64,000 nt of DNA from assembly GCA_963722255.1 (NCBI GenBank), contig CAVRJO010000001.1, positions 256,001-320,000 on the forward strand, given 5' to 3'. The position numbers and the translations under genes are program-made. This stretch comes from Candidatus Babeliales bacterium (lineage in GTDB: Bacteria; Babelota; Babeliae; Babelales; JANWKD01). This document shows, piece by piece, positions 56,669-64,000 of the stretch. Positions within the stretch are counted from its first letter, which is position 1; the number at the start of each line of letters is the position of its first letter. The notes under the pieces were generated by a model that worked only from the letters and a program-made list of their open reading frames with translations, was not told the origin of the DNA and did not search any database.

Positions 56669-56737
56669 TTGGCTGCAAAACTGGAAATCTGCTTGCAAAA
56701 ACCTACCATATCGGTTGATGAAGTTATGGAAGATTAA
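56669..56737 (+). repeat. Direct repeat of 54579..54647 (3' end of the pseudopilin-like gene)
   Basis: About 62 of 69 bases identical (TTGGCTGCAAAACTGGAAATC...GAAGTTAT). Confidence 0.92.
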
Positions 56738-56880
56738 AAGTCCTGAATTGTCTCGTATCCCTACCCTTCCCTATTAATAAATTATTTCAATTTGAATATT
56801 TTATTGAAAAATCACTTTGTTTTTTGCTATCCTTATACTAAATAGAAATTACTATGAAAAAAGAGTATAAAGGGGCGGCT

Positions 56881-58830
56881 ATGAACTTTTTAAAAAAAAT
56901 ATCAGTTTTTATTGTTTTTTTGAGCTTTATAAATATTTGTTTGGCTGGTGAAGCACCACGCGGAATAATAGAAAGGCCCCAAGAACCTACTACTCCTTCG
57001 GCAAGAGATACTCTTGAACTTGAAGGTAAGCGTAATCTTGAAATTGATAAACAAGAAAAAGAAAAACAATTAACAAATGAAAAAGATCCAGCAAAACAGC
57101 AGAACTTTCAGATGAACTCAGGATAATTGATAATCAACAAAAATATATCAAAAGTTTAATAGAAACTTTCGATGCCAAAGAGCGGCTAAAAATAAATTCT
57201 AATGACCCCGCAGCCAAAAAAACAATCAGAGATAATAAAGAAGCAAGAAAATTCTTGGATGAACAACTTCAAATCCTATCAGAAGCAATTCAAAAAGGAT
57301 ACATACCTGCTGATGGAGAAACAACAAATCAACCTTCATTGGTATCTAAACTAGTTGAAGCAATATTTTCTCCAATACAAAATTTCATAAAAAAATTTAA
57401 TGTAAAACGAGAATTGCAACCAGAACAAGCAAAAAAAACACTAGATAAAACTATAAAACAATCAACTACCATAGGGGGAGGCCCAATTGAAAGTCCAGAG
57501 AAAATACAATTTAGCTTAAAACAAAAATCGGTTGCAGATCAACTTGATTTATGGATAACTGCATATAATAGACCGGAGAACGTCGGTGTACAAAAATTGT
57601 ATAAAGATTTTATAACAGATTACATAACTAAACTTGAAAATGCCGATATTGAGTATACTTTACAAAATAAAAAGGATCCAGAAGCAATACAAAGGCATCA
57701 TGAAGAAATTGTTAATGCCTTACGTGCAATAGGAATTGATCAGGCTCAAATAGATGCATTGAATAAATACAAAGATGACGCGGTTAATAAAATCAAAACA
57801 ACCTTTAGCACACAAGATAAAATTAATAGAGTTAATAAGTTTTTTGATGCAACTTCAGCGGATAATTTTAGCTTAGAGCAATATAACAAATTAGCAGATG
57901 CTACCAATAAACTCGATACTAACTCTCCAGAACAGTTGAAAACTATGATTGCAAATGTCGAAACATTAAATGCTATAGTAGATGAGTTGAATGATTATGC
58001 AACATATTCCTTAGATTCGTTACCACAAGACATAAGAACCAAGATGCTAGAGTTTGTGACAAACGAGCAAAATTTTTTAATAAATTGTTATGAAGATATC
58101 ATTCAAGCTAAACTATTAGGAACTTTAGTTACAGAAGAAAAGGTGAAAGACCTGCTTAGAAAACTTAAACGTAACCAAGCATATTTAAGAAAAAACGGAA
58201 CAATTATTGCAAGACGTTGGTGAAAAAAATTTAATTGCAAACCAAAAACGCCTTGAAGTACAAGAATTAATAAAAAAAAATATGGATGCAAAACCATTGA
58301 ACGATCCATTTTTAAAATTAGCAAATGAAACAATTCCTTCTGGAATTAGCGAATTTAGCAAACTCTTACGAGAAAATCCACTTGCAACTGATACCAAAGA
58401 TAAATTTGCAGTTATTACAAGAGCGATAGATAGTTTCGTAAAAAATGCTGGCGAAGCCGATCCTTCAAAAAAGGCAGTAGAAGCTTCAGAAGCTATTCTT
58501 ACTGAAATAGATAATTTACAGGATTATATACAGCTTTATAATGATGAAACTGAATTGACACCAGAGCAACAAAAACAACTTGTGCAATACTATAAAACTC
58601 TCGATGATCTGTATACAAAAATTGCTGGACAGGCAGTTAATGATATGAATAATCTTTTAAAACGTTTGCAAGATGGAACAGTTATTTACTTGGAAAAAAG
58701 CAAGAGAAATACTCCTAAAGATCAATTTTTAATTCAACAAGGTTTAACAAAACAGGAGACTGCTGATTTTATAGAATCTAAATTTAAAGCAGGTCGCATT
58801 AATATGATTACATCCCAGGAAATTTCTTAA
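56881..58830 (+). CDS. Large secreted helical protein split by two frameshifts (near 57105 and 58195)
   Basis: Three ORFs collinear with 54717..56636; signal MNFLKKISVFIVFLSFINICLA. Confidence 0.78.
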
Positions 58831-58865
58831 TAAATTATCCATTTAAACAAAAAAAAGGATCAATA

Positions 58866-61703
58866 ATGCAGTTAAAATTATTATATTATGCATTCATTGC
58901 GTGTTCGCTCGCAATAAACATCGATCTGCATGCAATGAAGCGTAAACATGAAGAAGAGAAAGAAAAGGAAAAAGGATCTGAAGAACAAATTCTTGGAAAA
59001 GAGAAAAAACGAAAGTTAGAGCAAGAGCAACAACTTGTGCAAGGAATATTGCAAGAAAAAAGCTTAGAAGAACGTGCTCAAAATTACCTTACTACCCTTA
59101 TGCAAATAAAAGATGAACAAGCTCTTAACATAATGCTTGAACAGCATTTCTATGAACCATTAGAACTAAAAGATTATCTTACAAACCTAATAAACACACC
59201 AAATATAGTGGGTGAAACCCCTTTGCATGATGCCAAAAATAAATACCAAGTGCATGCTCTTTTTGCAATGGGTGCAAATCCAAATATTCGATCACATATT
59301 CTTCACTTCCCATTTGATACAATGCTCTTTAAAGGAAATATTGAAGCAGCAGAAGCAGTTCTTGAAATTTTGAAGGTAGAACCTCTTTTAGCTTTGAATT
59401 TGACAATTTTTACTACACTTCATTATGCAATTATGAATAATGCACCATCACTTGTACGAAGAATCCTTGCTAATCCCCAAAATCAAGATAATGTTGCAGA
59501 TGTTCTAGAAGAAAGAAACATTGAACCTGAGGCAATAGCTCTTATTGCAGCCGCTCTTTATTGCCCAGATTGCATTAAAGATCTTATTGCACATGGTGGT
59601 AATATAAACCTAATGGACTTAAATGGAATACCATTAATAGTTCACGCAGCTAGAACACAACCTCCTGCAATCATAGAAATGCTCATACAAAATGGAGCTG
59701 ATCCAGCTGCCGTTGATACGGATGACCTAAATATCCTTGCTTACGCAGTAGATAGCAATAACTATGATCTTATCACCTATTTAGTAGATACTAAAAAATT
59801 TAACGTTAATGTAGATCCTCAATCACCGGATTATGAAGGTGAATTCCATGAATTTCTAGCTCCCTTAGGCATAGCAGTAGAAAATTACCTTGTTGAAGAA
59901 AATCCATCACAGCTTACTAAGATAGAAGAGATTATACATTTTTTAGTTCAACGAGGTGCAAGAGTTAACACTACCCGATCTCTCTATCAAACACCACTTT
60001 TTATTAAATTAGTAAAAAAAGCTACTGAAAACACAAGAAGTTTTAATTTAGTTCGTTATTTTGTAGAACATGCTCATGCAGATGTCAATATCATTTCATT
60101 TGAAGAAAGTGAAATCAATCTTAGCAATCCTAAAGAAGAGTACCCATTAGCTGCAGCAATTTTTACTGATTATGATCACACTAAAGAAATCAATCAAATT
60201 AATGAAAATCTTAATTATGAACTTATAAACTATCTTATAGCCCATGGAGCAAAAATCAGACAACGTGATTTGGATATCATAGGTCAATTTGGCAATCAAA
60301 CGTTACGAGAAGCTCTAGCTAAAGCAGCTATTTTTGATGAACAAGAGTTTAATAAAAACATTGCAGGGCAAGAAAAAAAACTTGAAACTCCAATGGAGAT
60401 TGAAGAGACCCCGGAAGAATTAAAATCACCCAAAGAGGAATTTGAAGAAGTTTCACGCATCTATCAACCGCTTAGTTTAAAGTATCAAATAACTAAACAA
60501 TTTATTACAAATTTTTTACAAGCAGATCAAGAAGAAACTATCGCAATGCAAGAAGCTTATCAGAAATTGATTCCTGAGATGAAAGAGTATATACGCTTAT
60601 TAGTAAATGAAAAAAACAGTATGAATCTCACCTTATTGCATAATGCAACAACTGCTCAGGACGTTGAAAAACTCTTACTTCTTGGAGCTGATCCTGCTAT
60701 TGTGTCAAAAACCGGTCAAAATGCATTCTCAAGCATGCTGATACATGGTAATAATGCAGCAGCTGAAAAATTATTAGAACTTAACCCTGATGAATCTCTT
60801 ATCTTTTTTGATAAAGGCGGTTTATCGACTCTTCATTATGCTCTCATTGCTCATGCTGTATCTATAGCAAGAAGGATTTTGGATAATCCTGCAAACAAGG
60901 AAATAATTAAAACAACAATAAATGAATTAGTTGGGAGAGATCCCGGCGTAACTCCATTGATATTAGCAACACTTTATTGCCCTGAACTCATTGAACTGCT
61001 TATTCAAAACGGTGCTGAACCCAATTTGCATAATATAGATGGAGTATCTCCTCTTTTATTTGCTGCAAATAAACAACCCGTAGAATTTATTAAACTCTTA
61101 ATCAAATATGGAGCAAATTTAGAAGCTACTAATCATATTGGCGATGATGCCCTTTATTATGCAGTAGCTGGAAAGAATATTCCTCTTATTAGCTATTTAG
61201 TGCAAGAGCTAAAATTTGATCCCAATATACCTAATGATGATGAAGAGCCTACAACTGCATTTGAATATGCTATTCAAAATATTACAGATCCTGAATATCA
61301 TAAAACTATTGAAGAGTTATTAAAATATGGCGGTGATACGAATACAAAAAAAACTAACTTAACCATTATTATTCCAAAAGCATATGCGTATACCACTCTT
61401 ATAAAAGAGTTCATTCATCATGGTGCAGATGTAAATTACACTGATGGAATACGCTATCCGCTAGCTGAGGCGCTATTTCTCTATGATGAAAATGTCAATG
61501 ATTATGTCGAATTACGAAATCAATTTAATTATGATCTTATTGCTTACCTTATTGAAAAAGGAGCACTTATTGAACAAAAACATAAAGACATCATTATGAA
61601 GAGCCAAAATAAAGAGCTTATTAATCTCATTAAGCCCGCTAAAATTTATTATGAACACCTCAAAGAGGCAAAAAGAATTGAACACCAAGAAAAAAATGAC
61701 TAA
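58866..61703 (+). CDS. Secreted ankyrin-repeat protein made of two internally duplicated halves
   Basis: Signal ...LHA|MKRK; many ankyrin motifs; TLHYA, LYCP, ADVN, YPLA and NYxLIxYLI each occur twice. Confidence 0.9.
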   Translation: MQLKLLYYAFIACSLAINIDLHAMKRKHEEEKEKEKGSEEQILGKEKKRKLEQEQQLVQGILQEKSLEERAQNYLTTLMQIKDEQALNIMLEQHFYEPLELKDYLTNLINTPNIVGETPLHDAKNKYQVHALFAMGANPNIRSHILHFPFDTMLFKGNIEAAEAVLEILKVEPLLALNLTIFTTLHYAIMNNAPSLVRRILANPQNQDNVADVLEERNIEPEAIALIAAALYCPDCIKDLIAHGGNINLMDLNGIPLIVHAARTQPPAIIEMLIQNGADPAAVDTDDLNILAYAVDSNNYDLITYLVDTKKFNVNVDPQSPDYEGEFHEFLAPLGIAVENYLVEENPSQLTKIEEIIHFLVQRGARVNTTRSLYQTPLFIKLVKKATENTRSFNLVRYFVEHAHADVNIISFEESEINLSNPKEEYPLAAAIFTDYDHTKEINQINENLNYELINYLIAHGAKIRQRDLDIIGQFGNQTLREALAKAAIFDEQEFNKNIAGQEKKLETPMEIEETPEELKSPKEEFEEVSRIYQPLSLKYQITKQFITNFLQADQEETIAMQEAYQKLIPEMKEYIRLLVNEKNSMNLTLLHNATTAQDVEKLLLLGADPAIVSKTGQNAFSSMLIHGNNAAAEKLLELNPDESLIFFDKGGLSTLHYALIAHAVSIARRILDNPANKEIIKTTINELVGRDPGVTPLILATLYCPELIELLIQNGAEPNLHNIDGVSPLLFAANKQPVEFIKLLIKYGANLEATNHIGDDALYYAVAGKNIPLISYLVQELKFDPNIPNDDEEPTTAFEYAIQNITDPEYHKTIEELLKYGGDTNTKKTNLTIIIPKAYAYTTLIKEFIHHGADVNYTDGIRYPLAEALFLYDENVNDYVELRNQFNYDLIAYLIEKGALIEQKHKDIIMKSQNKELINLIKPAKIYYEHLKEAKRIEHQEKND

Positions 61704-61706
61704 TCG

Positions 61707-62627
61707 TTAGTGAAGCATAAACTGTAAATAGAAATGTTCAAAATGTGCAGGAAGACCATTCTTTATATTCCAATCAATTGAATAAAGATGATCATGTGCT
61801 TGTTTAAGTTTATCGACTGTTACCAGCTTCCAATCTTTTTGCATAAAAGAAAAAGGGAGTCTATACGCAACCCGTTTTGCCTTGGTAAAGTTTTTATCAT
61901 GCATCAATAAACAAAATAACGTGGCTTTAAAAAGCTGCTCAGACCAAAACGTAGTCCAAAATGGATCTGAATAATCATCACAAATCATAGTCCATAGCTG
62001 AAAAAATTGCTGTTCTTTTTTTGCAAACAATAAGCTACTCAAGGTAAATAAAGATTTTTCAGGATTAAGTAATGTCGGCAACCACTCATGCAAAAATGCA
62101 TCAGACTTATTACCAACAAGAATACAATAGTGCATCAGCACAAATACTGAATCTATATTCAGAACAGTACTGATTCTAAAAAGCTGCTTTACAATCTGGG
62201 TACATTTTGCCGATTGCGCAGGATAAAGAAAAGAAAAAAGTCGCGTAAATTCCTCATACGTTACTTCCTCAGGCACTTCAATTATGATTTCCTGAGTCCC
62301 TTCTTGAGCAGGAACTATTTTACTTACGTATCCAATAATATTTGGACCAGAATATGCATGTAATAATGAAGAAACTGTACTATTTTCAGATAAGAGATTC
62401 TCACTGAGCCAGAAGACCGAAATTTCCCCTAAAAAGCCCATCATTAACTGTGCTTTTAATGCAGCCTGAGAATCTAATGAATCGATAATCGAAATTTGAT
62501 TAGAAACAGATTCAAATTTTTTTTTAAAAATCTTAGTAATAAGTGATGAATTTTGTTTTGTAATAAAACAAAAAGTAGACCCTAACTTTGCCGGAGAATC
62601 ATGAGAAATAAAAGTTACTAAATCCAT
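61707..62627 (-). CDS. Probable DNA polymerase III delta subunit (HolA-like, divergent)
   Basis: About 300 aa; SLFTLSSLL and a C-terminal LYSIDWNIKNG helix resembling HolA. Confidence 0.5.
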   Translation of the reverse strand: MDLVTFISHDSPAKLGSTFCFITKQNSSLITKIFKKKFESVSNQISIIDSLDSQAALKAQLMMGFLGEISVFWLSENLLSENSTVSSLLHAYSGPNIIGYVSKIVPAQEGTQEIIIEVPEEVTYEEFTRLFSFLYPAQSAKCTQIVKQLFRISTVLNIDSVFVLMHYCILVGNKSDAFLHEWLPTLLNPEKSLFTLSSLLFAKKEQQFFQLWTMICDDYSDPFWTTFWSEQLFKATLFCLLMHDKNFTKAKRVAYRLPFSFMQKDWKLVTVDKLKQAHDHLYSIDWNIKNGLPAHFEHFYLQFMLH

Positions 62628-62721
62628 GGATAATTCACATTCTAAGGAAGCGGTTTTTTATAACTGGGTCACCACGTTTTCGAAGCAACTCCGTTGAATC
62701 ACTCTATCCGTATATCATTGT

Positions 62722-63489
62722 TCAAGGATTGAAGCGAATCGCATTAAAAGGAGTCACTGGTTTTTCTTGTTTAGGTTCAGAAAATGTTGCATATACTTCG
62801 GAAAAAATCGAATTCGTTCCTTTAAGAGCTAATTCATGCATTGTAGCTACAGTAGACCATGCAATAGGACTCTTTTCTGCTGATCCCTGAATTTCTACAA
62901 TCTTTCCTGAACGGGTAATTACAAAATTAAAATCAGCCTCAAGAGTACTATCTTCATTGAAGTCCAAATCAACCATAACAATATCATGAAAAGCTCCAAC
63001 AGAAATACCTGCAATTTCTTCGCGCAGAATCAATGAACCAATTTTTCCAGCACGTAACCATCGATCAACTGCAAGTTTTAAAGCAAGAGATGCTGCTGTA
63101 ATACATGCAGTTCGAGTGCTTCCATCAGCTTGCAAAACATCACAATCAACAACAATAGTTCGTTCGCCCAAAAGATCTAGATCAACAACTGATCGCAAAA
63201 CCCTGCCAATTAATCGTGAAATTTCCATAGATCTTCCATTAGGACGGCTCAGGCTCTCACGCTCTTTACGAACATGAGTAGCCGTTGGCAACATTGCATA
63301 TTCTGCTGTTAACCATCCCGATTTTTTACCTTTTAAAAAAGGAGGTACGGAGTTTTGCAAAGAGATCGCACACAAAACCTTCGTTTTCCCTTGTTCAAAA
63401 AGTACAGATGCAGAAGCATATTCAATAACATCATAAAGAATTGATATAGGACGCACTTGATCAAAGGCTCGCCCATTCGTTCGTTTCAT
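62722..63489 (-). CDS. rph: Ribonuclease PH
   Basis: GKTKVLC, GWLTAEYAMLP, EISRLIGR, DCDVLQADG, EIQG. Confidence 0.95.
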   Translation of the reverse strand: MKRTNGRAFDQVRPISILYDVIEYASASVLFEQGKTKVLCAISLQNSVPPFLKGKKSGWLTAEYAMLPTATHVRKERESLSRPNGRSMEISRLIGRVLRSVVDLDLLGERTIVVDCDVLQADGSTRTACITAASLALKLAVDRWLRAGKIGSLILREEIAGISVGAFHDIVMVDLDFNEDSTLEADFNFVITRSGKIVEIQGSAEKSPIAWSTVATMHELALKGTNSIFSEVYATFSEPKQEKPVTPFNAIRFNP

Positions 63490-63508
63490 ATATCAGTTCC
63501 AATACAGA

Positions 63509-64000
63509 TTATTGATTATCGACGATTTTAAGACGAACTCTACCTGAATCTGGATCATAATCAAGAACTTCAACTTTAAGCGGATCGTCTATCTTATATT
63601 CCTTGTTCAAGTTCGCTTGTTTCTGTTTTGGAATCATCGAAATATGGACAAGCCCATCAAAATCAGGAACTAGTTCTACAAAAAGACCAAAGTCAGCAAT
63701 ACGCTTAATTTTTCCATTAAAGACTTGACCCTTATCAATTTGACCAGCTAAGACTTTTACCCAACCTATAGCTTCATCCATTTTAGGACCAGGATGGCCA
63801 AAGATTTTAACAAGTCCATCACTTTCAATATCGATCATAGTGCCCGTTTTTTCAGTAATGCTTCGTATAGTTTTTCCGCCTGTACCAATGATTGCACCAA
63901 TCTTATCTTGCTTTATTTTAAGCGTAACAATATGTGGTACTAACTCAGAAAGTTGCTCATTCGGTTTGGTCATAACTTTTTGCATTTCCATCAAAATATG
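63509..64000 (-). CDS. pnp: Polyribonucleotide nucleotidyltransferase, C-terminal KH and S1 domains (partial)
   Basis: KIGAIIGTGGKTIR (KH); FGLFVEL...GLVHIS (S1); adjacent to rph. Confidence 0.93.
   Translation of the reverse strand, partial: HILMEMQKVMTKPNEQLSELVPHIVTLKIKQDKIGAIIGTGGKTIRSITEKTGTMIDIESDGLVKIFGHPGPKMDEAIGWVKVLAGQIDKGQVFNGKIKRIADFGLFVELVPDFDGLVHISMIPKQKQANLNKEYKIDDPLKVEVLDYDPDSGRVRLKIVDNQ

Overview
AT-rich bacterial chromosome segment. The gene content suggests Candidatus Babeliae (Dependentiae/TM6), obligate intracellular parasites of protists; this assignment is inferred, not proven. Scattered housekeeping genes (lysS, sod, rapZ, gyrB, tadA, rpsI, glmS, rsmA, mreB, glmU, sbcD, pgpA, lspA, pheT, trpS, rph, pnp, tRNA-Thr, tRNA-Ser) alternate with about 30 genes for signal-peptide proteins. 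One intact IS701/IS4-type element has clear TIRs and a 6-bp TSD. Several genes, including essential ones, carry 1-bp indels that look like long-read consensus errors. Main observations: (1) About half of the predicted secreted proteins have Met right after the predicted signal-peptidase site. Many then show eukaryotic address or ubiquitin-hijack motifs: NLS, a mitochondrial-presequence-like N-terminus, CaaX, LIR-like motifs, C-terminal F-box-like and SOCS-box-like motifs, and a membrane hairpin. This suggests a Sec-exported effector repertoire. (2) Two effector-like genes are each bracketed by a 60-70 bp near-identical duplication of the 3' end of a neighbouring gene, with no recombinase nearby, suggesting an integrase-free cassette-acquisition route. 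(3) Two tandem ankyrin genes share a nearly identical targeting module but have diverged cargo. No CRISPR array, rRNA or prophage was seen.
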